The notes: generated from the letters alone by a model not told the origin. A DNA stretch of 64,000 nt from Actinobacteria bacterium UBA7524 (GCA_002478275.1 DLMY01000036.1:1-64000); one strand, 5' to 3'; shown: positions 30,751-40,111, counted from the stretch's first letter. Numbers and translations: made by a program.

Positions 30751-31338
30751 CTACATCTCCTTGCCACAGCTCGGGCAGACGAGGTGCGCATCATACCAAC
30801 CGGCCTGATCGCGCTTGGGAACCAGCTCCAGCATGGCCTCGACCTCGCACGCGGGACACCAGAACCGACGCGGCAACTTGTTGTCTCCGACGAAGCGATC
30901 AGCATCTCCTTCGTGGTCCCGGATGAACAGGCGGTACGAGTCCTCGTTCAGCTGTCTGCCTGCCATGAATTCCAAAGTCAGGCGAATCTTCTCGGCCACA
31001 TCCGCCGGTTTCGCTTCGTTCTTGATCAGGTAGTCGACCGCTCCGAGGGCAAGCCCTCGTTCGACATCGGTCTCCTGACCGAGGTTGCTCAGGATGATCA
31101 CCGGGATGTTCTTGGTGCGCGGGTCGGCCTTCATAGCGTCAAGAGCCTCAAGGCCGCTCATGGTGGGCATGATCAGATCGAGAAGCACGAGATCGACTGT
31201 GTTCGTACGCAGGATGTTCAGAGCTTCAAGGCCGTCGCCGGCGACGTGCACGGTGTATCCCTCTTGTGTCAGCTTGTCCGCATAGATGCGACGAAGCAAC
31301 TCGGTGTCTTCCACTACCAGAACGGTGTGTGAGGACAT
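30751..31338 (-). CDS. Response regulator: CheY-like receiver plus C-terminal Cys4 zinc-ribbon domain
   Basis: VLVVED, DLVLLDLIMP (phosphoacceptor Asp), IILSN, YLIK; C-terminal CPAC...CPSC. Confidence 0.9.
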   Translation of the reverse strand: MSSHTVLVVEDTELLRRIYADKLTQEGYTVHVAGDGLEALNILRTNTVDLVLLDLIMPTMSGLEALDAMKADPRTKNIPVIILSNLGQETDVERGLALGAVDYLIKNEAKPADVAEKIRLTLEFMAGRQLNEDSYRLFIRDHEGDADRFVGDNKLPRRFWCPACEVEAMLELVPKRDQAGWYDAHLVCPSCGKEM

Positions 31339-31359
31339 GTCGTCTCGACTTCCCTTCGG

Positions 31360-32145
31360 TTATCCACCCAGTCCGTGGGGGGCGTGCAGTCGCGCCCTGA
31401 GACGCAGCACAGCCTTCGTGTGCAACTGACTGACTCGTGATTCCGTAACACCCAGCACCTGCCCGATCTCTTTGAGCGTCAAGCCTTCATAATAGTACAG
31501 CGCGACGACCACCCGTTCGCGTTCCGGCAATCTCTCGATAGCGCCGGCGAGTATCTCCTTGACCTCAGCACTCTCGAACATCGCGACGGGGTCCTCGGCC
31601 CCCTCGTCAGCGATCGAGCCCATGACGTTGGAGCGGTCTTCCCGATCGCCCCCAGTCCACAACTCCTCGAACGACACGATCGACGTGTAGGAGAGCTTCG
31701 TGAATATGTCATGGAGCTCGCGTTGCGCGATACCGAGTTCCGCAGCGACTTCTGCGTCAGACGGGGCTCGCCTGAGTCTCGTCTCGAGGCTGACGTACGC
31801 CTGCTCGACTTCGCGCGCTCGCGCTCTGACTGAACGCGGGACCCAGTCCATTGCGCGCAGCTCGTCGATGATCGCACCCTTGATCCGCGCGATCGCATAT
31901 GTCTCGAACTTGATGCCACGCCCGGGGTCGAACTTCTCGATAGCGTCGATGAGTCCGAAGATCCCATAACTGATCAAATCGGCGGTGTCCACTGTCTGAG
32001 GCAGACTTGCCGAGAGTCTGCCTGCGACGTACTTGACGAGTGGGGAAAAGTTGAGAATCAGCTGCTCGCGCGCTGTCTGGTCGTTCTCTGCCTTGAATGC
32101 AGCCCATAGGGCGGATACTTCCGTCCGTGGGTCCGTCTTCATCAC
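31360..32145 (-). CDS. whiG: FliA/WhiG-family (sigma-28) RNA polymerase sigma factor
   Basis: PLVKYVAGR, KFETYA, RIKGAIIDELRAMDWVPRSVR, LYYYEGLTLKEIGQVLGVTESRVSQLH. Confidence 0.92.
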   Translation of the reverse strand: MMKTDPRTEVSALWAAFKAENDQTAREQLILNFSPLVKYVAGRLSASLPQTVDTADLISYGIFGLIDAIEKFDPGRGIKFETYAIARIKGAIIDELRAMDWVPRSVRARAREVEQAYVSLETRLRRAPSDAEVAAELGIAQRELHDIFTKLSYTSIVSFEELWTGGDREDRSNVMGSIADEGAEDPVAMFESAEVKEILAGAIERLPERERVVVALYYYEGLTLKEIGQVLGVTESRVSQLHTKAVLRLRARLHAPHGLGG

Positions 32146-32171
32146 GTATGCCCCTTGGAGTTAGGTCGGTG

Positions 32172-33080
32172 TCAGCCCCTCGGATGTGCGCTCTTGTGCA
32201 TGTCCGAGAGACGCCGCCTGCCGAGATGAGTATAAATCTGGGTGGTAGACAGCGCAACGTGACCGAGCAGTTCCTGGACGGTCCTGAGGTCCGCGCCTTG
32301 TTCGAGCAGATGCGTGGCGAACGTGTGTCTCAGAGTATGTGGCGAGACCCTGGTATTCGCTCCGCACGCAGCTACGTACCGCCTCACGAGTCTTCGAATG
32401 GCGTCCGGTGATAAGCGGGAGCCGCGAACGGACAGAAAGAGTGCATCCGCGTCATCCGTGCTGAAGTCACCTCTGCGTACGAAGGCGGGCCTTGCTTCTT
32501 CAAGGTACCTGGAAAGTCGGTGAACGGCGGCCTGATGCAGCGGGAGGATCCTTTGCTTGTCCCCCTTTCCCGTCACGCGAACGAGACCTTGGTCGAGGTC
32601 GAGCGCTGCGATGTCGATCCCGGAGATCTCTGAGACCCTGGCCCCGGTGGCATACAGGCATTCAAGGACAGCTCTGTCACGGCGTCCGACATCCGTGGAC
32701 GGGTCGGGTGCGTCCAGGAGCGCAGTGAGTACGTCGTCAGGAACCGTTCGAGGCAGCTGCTTCTCCAGTCGCGGCGTGGCGAGTACGGATGCAGGGTTCG
32801 AATCGACGATCCCTTCGGAACACAGGTATGTGAACAAGGAACGTACCGATGCAAGGCGTCTGGCTATCGTCTTGCGCGAATAGCATGCTTTGTCCAGCTC
32901 AGCAAGATAGAGGCGAAGCTGACGATGAGTGAGTCGTAACGGGTCCACGTTCGTTCTCGCCGCCCATTCCAGGTACCGCTCCAGATCCGACCTGTAAGCG
33001 CGGATCGTGTGAGGAGACAGACCCCTGATTACCTCAAGGTGAGCGAGGAAGCGTCCGACGAGTTCCACTGGTTGGTTCAT
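32172..33080 (-). CDS. xerC: Tyrosine recombinase XerC
   Basis: Intact catalytic set YATGAR, GKG, HTLRHTFATH, LLGH, TTQIY; follows trmFO as in Firmicutes. Confidence 0.9.
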   Translation of the reverse strand: MNQPVELVGRFLAHLEVIRGLSPHTIRAYRSDLERYLEWAARTNVDPLRLTHRQLRLYLAELDKACYSRKTIARRLASVRSLFTYLCSEGIVDSNPASVLATPRLEKQLPRTVPDDVLTALLDAPDPSTDVGRRDRAVLECLYATGARVSEISGIDIAALDLDQGLVRVTGKGDKQRILPLHQAAVHRLSRYLEEARPAFVRRGDFSTDDADALFLSVRGSRLSPDAIRRLVRRYVAACGANTRVSPHTLRHTFATHLLEQGADLRTVQELLGHVALSTTQIYTHLGRRRLSDMHKSAHPRG

Positions 33081-34435
33081 GGGTGTTCATCCGCTGTCAG
33101 TGGGTGGGATGTGACGGTCTGAAACACGTGCTCGTAGGCACGCTCGGCATAGGCGGCATATCGCTGACGCTTCCCCCTGATCGCCGGGACCAGCGGAGGA
33201 ACCAGTCCCCAGTTCACATGCATCGGTTGATAGGGTCCGGTATCGGGATCTGTCGCGTATGCGATCAGGGCACCGAGCGATGTCGTGTCGGGCAGGACCA
33301 CGGGTGGATGTGACTGGATAGCAGCGACGGTGTTGAGCCCAGCGAGCAGACCGCTTGCAGCGGCCTCAAGGTAGCCTTCGGTGCCCGTGAGCTGGCCGGC
33401 GAGACGCACCCGGGGCCCGGTCCTGAGCGCCAGGGTCGCGTCAAGCAGGCGTGGAGAGTCCACGTACGTGTTGCGGTGCATCACTCCGTACCTGAGGAAT
33501 ACCGCATCTTTCAGTGCCGGTACGAGTGAGAAGACCCTTCTCTGTTCCGGGAAGGTCAGGTTCGTCTGGAAGCCGACGATGTTGTACGCGGTCGCGGCGC
33601 GGTTCTCGGCCCTGAGTTGCACTACTGCCCAGGGCCGGTCTCCCGTTCGCGGATCCTGCAGCCCGATCGGCTTGAGCGCTCCGAATCGTGGTGCGTCGAT
33701 GCCCGTGCGCGCGATCTCCTCGATGGGTTGGCATGCGTTGAACAGCTCGCTGCGTTCGAAGGACTTCTTGGTCACCAACTCGGCATCGGTCAGCTCGCTG
33801 ATGAACCGCTCGTATTCTGGACGTGACATCGGGCAGTTGATGTAGTCGGCCGAATCGCCCTTGTCGTAACGCGATTGCCGGAATGCCACGCTCATGTCTA
33901 TGGATTCAGCGTCAATGACCGGTGCTGCAGCGTCGAAGAACGCAAGCCGGTCCGCACCGACGACACGGGACAAAGCACCCTCGAATCCCGGGCTGGTCAG
34001 CGGCCCGGTAGCGATGATCACGTACCCTTCAGGGATCGAGGTGGCCTCTGACCTGTCGACTGTGATGAGTGGATCGGCAGCGACAAGTTCCGAGATCGCC
34101 GAGGAGAACGCAACCCTGTCGACAGCCAAGGCGCCACCAGCCGGAACACGGTGGTTCAGTGCCTCGCGCAGGATCAGGGAGCCCATCAGAGCGAGCTCTC
34201 GTTTGAGCTGTCCCGTAGCGGTCGTGGGATCCTCGCTCTTGAAGGAGTTCGAGCAGACGAGTTCAGCAAGCTCTGGGGTGCTGTGTGCGGGAGTCATCGA
34301 CTCCGGACGCATCTCGACAAGACGTACGGGCAGACCGCGTCGCGCGATCTGATGGGCAGCCTCACATCCGGCCAGTCCGCCGCCGATCACGGTTACTGCG
34401 GGTGGAGAGGAGTTGTACTGTCGTCGACTTCGCAT
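33077..34435 (-). CDS. trmFO: Folate/FAD-dependent tRNA m5U54 methyltransferase
   Basis: IGGGLAGCEAA, ELVCSNS, FFDAAAP, VGFQTNL, RYGVMHRN, AGQLTGTEGY. Confidence 0.97.
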   Translation of the reverse strand: MRSRRQYNSSPPAVTVIGGGLAGCEAAHQIARRGLPVRLVEMRPESMTPAHSTPELAELVCSNSFKSEDPTTATGQLKRELALMGSLILREALNHRVPAGGALAVDRVAFSSAISELVAADPLITVDRSEATSIPEGYVIIATGPLTSPGFEGALSRVVGADRLAFFDAAAPVIDAESIDMSVAFRQSRYDKGDSADYINCPMSRPEYERFISELTDAELVTKKSFERSELFNACQPIEEIARTGIDAPRFGALKPIGLQDPRTGDRPWAVVQLRAENRAATAYNIVGFQTNLTFPEQRRVFSLVPALKDAVFLRYGVMHRNTYVDSPRLLDATLALRTGPRVRLAGQLTGTEGYLEAAASGLLAGLNTVAAIQSHPPVVLPDTTSLGALIAYATDPDTGPYQPMHVNWGLVPPLVPAIRGKRQRYAAYAERAYEHVFQTVTSHPLTADEHP

Positions 34436-34515
34436 GAGGAGTCGATTGTAGCGCGGTGTGACGGTCCACGCCTCGGGTCAGGACGGAGATATCACCTTAA
34501 GCGATGATCTGGGAC

Positions 34516-35382
34516 TCAGGCCGGGCCATATCTACCGTCACGGTATCGGGCAACCTTCCCAGTGCGTTCGAGTTCACTCAATCTGCGGGCGACGGTGATT
34601 ATGTCGAGTTCGAGTGCGAAGGCCAGGTCATCCGGACGCATGGGATCCGCCATGATCGACGACTCGATCATGTCTGCCTCAACGCCCAGGTCTTGCTGGC
34701 CGATGCCGGTACCGACCGGATGGCCGCCTATCGCAAGCGCGACCGCGAGATCTGATGTGTCCGTGAGCACGAAGGCGCCCTGGGAGATCAAGCGGTTACA
34801 CCCTCGTGCCTGTGGCGAGAAGATCGATCCGGGAACAGCGTAGACAGGCACGCCGAATTTGACGGCATGGTCGACCGTGCCGAACGTGCCTGAGGGTAAG
34901 GCGGCCTCGATGACGAGCAGGACGTCCGACATCGCCGCGATAAGCCGGTTGCGTTCCCTCAGTGTCCACCGTTTCGGCGGGGAACCGTCAGGATGCTCGG
35001 AGATGACAAGGTGGTTGACACGTTGTTCGTCAAGCATATCGGAGGCATTCGAGGGGTAGTCGACGTCGCATCCGCAGCCCATCACTGAGATGGCCCAGCC
35101 GCCGGACTGCAGTGCCGCGCGTTGTGCGGCCTGGTCGCATCCGATGGCCGCACCTGAGACAACAGCGATCCCGTTGGCCGCCGCCCATGCCCCGAACATC
35201 CGGGCCGCACGCAGTCCGTAAGGAGTGGCCTTCCGTGCCCCGATGATGCCGATACGCCGTCGCTCGAGAAGGCTTCGCTTCCCCATACAGTAGAGCGGTT
35301 CGGGCGGGGATCCCAGGTATTGCAGATTGAGAGGATAGTCTCGGTCATCCTGATGCAGTAGCCAAGAGTTCAGCATGGTCAT
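34516..35382 (-). CDS. dprA: DNA-processing protein DprA
   Basis: IIGARKATPYG, VSGAAIGCD, RNRLIA, VYAVPGSI, C-terminal winged helix; lacks the N-terminal SAM domain. Confidence 0.93.
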   Translation of the reverse strand: MTMLNSWLLHQDDRDYPLNLQYLGSPPEPLYCMGKRSLLERRRIGIIGARKATPYGLRAARMFGAWAAANGIAVVSGAAIGCDQAAQRAALQSGGWAISVMGCGCDVDYPSNASDMLDEQRVNHLVISEHPDGSPPKRWTLRERNRLIAAMSDVLLVIEAALPSGTFGTVDHAVKFGVPVYAVPGSIFSPQARGCNRLISQGAFVLTDTSDLAVALAIGGHPVGTGIGQQDLGVEADMIESSIMADPMRPDDLAFALELDIITVARRLSELERTGKVARYRDGRYGPA

Positions 35383-36881
35383 TCGCCTACGAGACTGCGA
35401 AGGGAGATGGCCTCTTCTACGTGCTCACAGTCAACGCGTTCGCATCCCTCAAGGTCCGCGCATGTCCTGGAGACCCGAAGCAACCGCGTGATCCCCCTTC
35501 CGGAGAGTGCCGTGGTCCTGGACAGCTGGAGAAGGGTCGCGCGTGCGGTCATGGTCAGGGCGCAAGCCTGGTGCAGCCTGGAGCCGGACAACATGGCTGG
35601 CGCCACCCCATCACGTTCCAGAGCCTGATCGCGCGCCTGTACGACCATATCTCGGTAGTCCGGATCGCGCTCGCTACTGCACGAATCTATGAGACGCTCC
35701 GGAGTAACACCGGCTACACGCATGTGTATGTCGATGCGATCCATGAGAGGCCCCCCGATACGTGACATATACCGATCGATCATGCTCGGGGCGCACACGC
35801 ATCTTCCCCTGGCGTCATCGGCGTACCCGCACGGGCACGGGTTTGCTGCAGCCACTAGAGAGAAGCGCGCCGGGTAGGTGATGCGACCGTCAGCCCGGAC
35901 AAGGGTCACTTTCCCGTCTTCGATCGGTTGACGCAGGGACTGAAGGGTTCCCGGTCCGAATTCGGGTAGTTCGTCCAGGAACAACACACCCGTGTGGGCC
36001 AGTGAGGTCTCCCCGGGTCTGGGCGGGGATCCGCCACCGATCAGCCCCGCCACCGTGCACGAATGGTGAGGTGCTCTGAATGGTCTGATGCCAGCCAGAC
36101 AGCTCGATGTGTCCAGTCCGGCCACAGAGTGTATGAGTGCAGCCTCAAGCCGTTCATCTGGGGTCAGGGCGGGCAGAAGACCGGGCAGACAGCGTGCGAG
36201 CATGGTCTTTCCCGACCCGGGAGGTCCGATGAACAGTAGGTTGTGGCCGCCAGCCGCTGCGATGACGAGTGCTCGCTTCGCGTGCTGGTGTCCCGCTACT
36301 TCTGACAAGTGCGGGATCGGTGCGAGTGGAGGACTCATCATAGGAGCAGGTACCGTTTCTTTTCGATCTTCGCCCTGTGCAGTCAGGTCTTCGAGTGTCT
36401 CAATGGGTGAGCACACCAGACCCGGAACGAGGGCTACATCACACAGACATGTTCGTGAACAGACCAGGCGTGCCTTTCGAGCAGCGGCCCCTACCGCATG
36501 TGCCAGGATCCCAGGGACCGAGCGGACCCCTCCGTCGAGTGCGAGTTCCCCTGCGAACACAGCGTTGTCCGTAACCGAGACCGGAAGCTGCTCGGTGGCT
36601 ACAAGTAGTGCAACGGCTATCGGCAGGTCGAAGCCCGTTCCGTGCTTGCGTAGCGGTCCGGGCGCAAGGTTGATCACCACTCTGGCACCGGGAAACCGGT
36701 ACCCGCTCGACTTTATCGCTGACCTGACCCGCTCGCGCGCCTCCATGACTGCGGTATCGCCGAGCCCGACGATGTGGAAGGCCGGAAGACCCGGTCCCAC
36801 GTCGGCCTGGACCTCGACACGTACGGCCTGTGTGCCGGTCAGGGTCGCGGTCTCAACGACCGCATCGCCCCGTTCCCTCAT
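35379..36881 (-). CDS. comM: ComM/YifB Mg-chelatase-like AAA+ ATPase
   Basis: IVGLGD, FDLPIA, GELALDG, GPPGSGKT, PFRAPHHS, LFLDELPEF, NPCPCG. Confidence 0.94.
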   Translation of the reverse strand: MRERGDAVVETATLTGTQAVRVEVQADVGPGLPAFHIVGLGDTAVMEARERVRSAIKSSGYRFPGARVVINLAPGPLRKHGTGFDLPIAVALLVATEQLPVSVTDNAVFAGELALDGGVRSVPGILAHAVGAAARKARLVCSRTCLCDVALVPGLVCSPIETLEDLTAQGEDRKETVPAPMMSPPLAPIPHLSEVAGHQHAKRALVIAAAGGHNLLFIGPPGSGKTMLARCLPGLLPALTPDERLEAALIHSVAGLDTSSCLAGIRPFRAPHHSCTVAGLIGGGSPPRPGETSLAHTGVLFLDELPEFGPGTLQSLRQPIEDGKVTLVRADGRITYPARFSLVAAANPCPCGYADDARGRCVCAPSMIDRYMSRIGGPLMDRIDIHMRVAGVTPERLIDSCSSERDPDYRDMVVQARDQALERDGVAPAMLSGSRLHQACALTMTARATLLQLSRTTALSGRGITRLLRVSRTCADLEGCERVDCEHVEEAISLRSLVGE

Positions 36882-37240
36882 GCCGCGGAGAACGCAGCTC
36901 GGTGGTGTCTCAACAGGGCCCGGTCCTCGGAGATGGTCAGGAGAGTGACTACGTCGAAACGTACCTCGACCTCATCCATGCCTGTCTGAGCCACGTACGT
37001 CCGGGCCAATCTTGTCAGGCGCTTCTGCTTCGTGGGGGATATCGCTTCTTCGGGCGTGCCCTTTCCGCAGCCCTTCCTGGTCTTCACTTCGACGAGAACG
37101 AGAACGGTCCCGTCGAGAGCGATGATGTCCACCTCCCCCGCTTTGCAGCGCCAGTTTCGCTCGACTACCGCCATTCCTGCTCGTTCGAGGTATGCGGCGG
37201 CTGCATCCTCACCTCGTTTCCCGAGATCCCTGTTGTTCAC
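36878..37240 (-). CDS. yraN: YraN family protein
   Basis: LGKRGEDAAAAYL, ERNWRC, GEVDIIA, VEVKTR, RFDVV; AGGAGG RBS before GTG 37240. Confidence 0.95.
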   Translation of the reverse strand: MNNRDLGKRGEDAAAAYLERAGMAVVERNWRCKAGEVDIIALDGTVLVLVEVKTRKGCGKGTPEEAISPTKQKRLTRLARTYVAQTGMDEVEVRFDVVTLLTISEDRALLRHHRAAFSAA

Positions 37241-37295
37241 GACCCCTCCTTGAGAAATGCCACGGTTCATTGGATTCATGGAGAGTGTGAGGGCT

Positions 37296-37328
37296 GGTTC
37301 GAAACAGCCTCGAACCAGATTCGAAACC
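37296..37328. repeat. Three phased 11-bp direct repeats upstream of yraN-comM-dprA
   Basis: GGTTCGAAACA / GCCTCGAACCA / GATTCGAAACC; also forms a CTGGTTCGA-N7-TCGAACCAG inverted repeat. Confidence 0.6.
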
Positions 37329-37402
37329 TCGGGGTATCTCTCAGTTCGAGAAGCGGAGCGATGTCGCATTGAGTCGTCCACGCCCGCAGCGACGAGCCGG
37401 GC

Positions 37403-38191
37403 TCAGTCCACCTGGAAGAGGCGGGGGGTGTCGCAGCACGGAGAGAAACTCTTTCGGTGAATGGCCGTGGGACCCCATTCGGATATCGCGGCGAGATGTT
37501 CGGCTGTGCCGTAACCGCGATTGATGCAGAACCCGTATTGCGGGTACTGGTGGTGGTAGCAGGCCATCAGATCGTCGCGGGTCACCTTCGCGATGATTGA
37601 CGCAGCTGCGATCGAGGCGACCTTGGAGTCACCCTTGATGACGGCCGTCTCGCCTAGTCCGAGGCCGACAGGCCGACCATCGATGATGACATGCTCTGCG
37701 GCGGGCGAAAGACCCTCGACCGCCTGCAGCATGGCGCTTCGAACCGCAGCGGTCATGCCGTGCGAGTCGATACGCTCGGGTTCGACGTGTGCGACGTGCC
37801 AGCAGATGGCGACGGACTTGATCTGCTCGGCGAGCACTGATCTGTGCTCACGGGTGAGCAGCTTCGAGTCGTTGAGCCCTTGCAGATGCACCCCGGGAGG
37901 AAGTGCCACGGCACAGGCGGTGAGGGGTCCTGCGAGGGCTCCTCGGCCGACCTCGTCGACGCCTGCGATGACCTGCAGGCCTGTTGCGCGGAGATCGGCT
38001 TCGAGTGCGAAGAGTGCGGCCAGCCTGTTCCTTTCGGCGCGTAGGCGCTCGAGACGCTTCCGGCCAGCGCGTACCAGGGCCTGGACACCGGCTCGCCCGT
38101 CATCTTCCAGGGTGTCCAGAAGGCTCGCGAGTTCCTCGTGAGATGCTCCGGAGATCGCTTCGCGACACTTCGCGATGGACATGGTGTGCAT
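37403..38191 (-). CDS. rnhB: Ribonuclease HII
   Basis: AGVDEVGRGALAGP, LNDSK, IIDG, KGD, IAAASIIAKVTRD, HRKSF. Confidence 0.97.
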   Translation of the reverse strand: MHTMSIAKCREAISGASHEELASLLDTLEDDGRAGVQALVRAGRKRLERLRAERNRLAALFALEADLRATGLQVIAGVDEVGRGALAGPLTACAVALPPGVHLQGLNDSKLLTREHRSVLAEQIKSVAICWHVAHVEPERIDSHGMTAAVRSAMLQAVEGLSPAAEHVIIDGRPVGLGLGETAVIKGDSKVASIAAASIIAKVTRDDLMACYHHQYPQYGFCINRGYGTAEHLAAISEWGPTAIHRKSFSPCCDTPRLFQVD

Positions 38192-38237
38192 CGGTACTCC
38201 GCACAGGCGTCGGACGGATGATCGCAGTATATCGAAA

Positions 38238-38265
38238 CGGCCCGCCGCTGGAAGGCGACGGGCCG
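38238..38265 (-). terminator. Terminator after rplS, followed by a TATACT -10 for rnhB
   Basis: cggcccgtcgc/gcggcgggccg stem then TTT; TATACT at 38226-38231. Confidence 0.6.
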
Positions 38266-38325
38266 CGCGTGATATGAAAGAACACTTCGCAGGGCGAGTC
38301 CGCCAAGCGGATCTCACCGGTGCTC

Positions 38326-38670
38326 CTAGTAAGCTCGCTCCTTGAGGCGGGCGGCCTTGCCCACCTTGTCCCGGAGGAAGTAGAGCTTGGAACGACGGAC
38401 CTTGGCACGTCCGACGATCTCGATCTTCTGGATCTTCGGCGAGTGAACGGGGAATGTGCGTTCCACGCCCACACCGAACGATATCTTGCGAACGGTGAAG
38501 GTCTCGCGATTGCCAGACCCGTGACGGCGGATCACGACGCCGTGGAAGACCTGGATGCGCTCCCTGGTTCCTTCAACGACGCGGTAGTGGACTTTGATGT
38601 TGTCACCCACGGTGAAGGCGGGCAGGTCGTCTCGTATCTGCTGCTGTTCTATGGCGCGAATCGTATCCAT
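38326..38670 (-). CDS. rplS: 50S ribosomal protein L19
   Basis: [30 protein letters not shown]. Confidence 0.99.
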   Translation of the reverse strand: MDTIRAIEQQQIRDDLPAFTVGDNIKVHYRVVEGTRERIQVFHGVVIRRHGSGNRETFTVRKISFGVGVERTFPVHSPKIQKIEIVGRAKVRRSKLYFLRDKVGKAARLKERAY

Positions 38671-38765
38671 GAGGTTCCTTCTGGGTTGCGTTACGGTCTC
38701 AGTGCCCACGGGGCGGCCGTGCGACACGAATGGAAAGTATAGACCAGCCTGCAGGCCGTGTGCAA

Positions 38766-39374
38766 TCAGAGGCCGCCGATATGCTTCACCGGCCAGTAGA
38801 TGCCGAAGGCGCGGCCCTTCACACTGGTGACCGGCTGTGGGCCGAAGACCCTGCTGTCCTGGCTGTTTGGCCGGTTGTCACCCATCAGCCACACGTGTCC
38901 CTCAGGAATGCGTATGGGCAGGGCCATGCTGCTCGGCTCTGTCTTCTTGGACTGGATGTAGGGTTCGGCCAGCGCTTCACCATCGATCAGGACGCGGCCG
39001 TCCTTGATGTCGACCTCCTGTCCCTCCACGGCGATCACACGTTTGATCAACTGCGGAAAGACCCCCGCCGGATCCTCGAACACGACCACATCTCCGACTT
39101 TCGGATCGGTGAAGCGGTAGCTGATCTTCTCGGCGAGCACGCGGTCGTCGATCATGATCGTCGGCTCCATGGAGCCGGTCGGGATCACGAAAGGTTGGAC
39201 GACGAAGGTCTTGATGCCCTGCGCGAGCAGGAAGGCCAGGGCGACCATGACCGCGGTCTCCAGCAGCCAGCGCCCGAATCCTGCGGCATCTTTGGCAGCC
39301 TCGGCGGTCGTATTCGGCGCGTCGCCGGAAGCGGGGTCCGCAGTCTCGTCCAGTGTGAGTTCGTCATCGGTCAC
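38766..39374 (-). CDS. lepB: Signal peptidase I (copy 1)
   Basis: IPTGSMEPT (Ser), LIKRVIA (Lys), [12 protein letters not shown]. Confidence 0.96.
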   Translation of the reverse strand: MTDDELTLDETADPASGDAPNTTAEAAKDAAGFGRWLLETAVMVALAFLLAQGIKTFVVQPFVIPTGSMEPTIMIDDRVLAEKISYRFTDPKVGDVVVFEDPAGVFPQLIKRVIAVEGQEVDIKDGRVLIDGEALAEPYIQSKKTEPSSMALPIRIPEGHVWLMGDNRPNSQDSRVFGPQPVTSVKGRAFGIYWPVKHIGGL

Positions 39375-40111
39375 GGGGTGTTGCTCCTCTCGAGTTCTTC
39401 ACGTGCGATCTTCATCTCCGCATCGCTGAGCGCAGCAGCCTCGATGAGGTCCGGGCGCATCCGTGCGGTCATGCGTATCGCCTGCTCGCGACGCCATCGC
39501 GCTACCGCCGCGTGATCGCCGCTTCGCAGCACCTCGGGCACGGCCATGTGCTCGAATACCGCAGGGCGCGTGTACTGAGGATACTCCAGCAACCCTGTGG
39601 TGAACGATTCCTCGGCTGCGGATCCGTCGTCTCCCAGTACGCCTGGCAGGAGACGGGTCGTCGCATCGATCATCACCATGGCGGCGAGCTCGCCACCTGT
39701 CAGGACGTAGTCTCCTACGGAGACGACCCGGTCTGCCAGCGAGAAGATGCGTTCGTCGAGGCCTTCGTAGCGGCCGCATATGAACAGCAGGCGTGCAGCA
39801 TCACTGAACTCCTCGGCCATGCGCTGGTCGAAGCGCTCTCCTCGTGGCGAGAGGACGATCCTGATCGCTTCGCGCGGATCCGACTCCACGACTTCGCGCA
39901 GGGCCCGAAAGACAGGCTCGGGTTTCATCACCATCCCGGGACCTCCGCCATACGGAGTGTCGTCGGTGGTGCGATGCTTGTCCTCGGTCCAGATGCGCAG
40001 ATCATGGACATGGAGTTCCAGAATGCCGCGTTCGCGGGCGATGCCGATCATCGACTCACCCATCGGCCCGTCGAACATCTGGGGCATGACGCTGATGACA
40101 TCGACTCTCAT
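39371..40111 (-). CDS. trmD: tRNA (guanine37-N1) methyltransferase
   Basis: DDTPYGGGPGMV, CGRYEGLDER, GDYVLTGGE, LLEYPQYTRP. Confidence 0.98.
   Translation of the reverse strand: MRVDVISVMPQMFDGPMGESMIGIARERGILELHVHDLRIWTEDKHRTTDDTPYGGGPGMVMKPEPVFRALREVVESDPREAIRIVLSPRGERFDQRMAEEFSDAARLLFICGRYEGLDERIFSLADRVVSVGDYVLTGGELAAMVMIDATTRLLPGVLGDDGSAAEESFTTGLLEYPQYTRPAVFEHMAVPEVLRSGDHAAVARWRREQAIRMTARMRPDLIEAAALSDAEMKIAREELERSNTP

Noticed and set aside
32172..33080. Tyrosine recombinase as a possible integrase of a mobile element
   Set aside because: XerC-like length and conserved trmFO-xerC context; no att sites, tRNA or cargo genes.
37310..37324. Canonical LexA/SOS box upstream of yraN
   Set aside because: TCGAAC-CAG-ATTCGA has N3 spacing and a mismatch; retained only as part of the phased-repeat finding.
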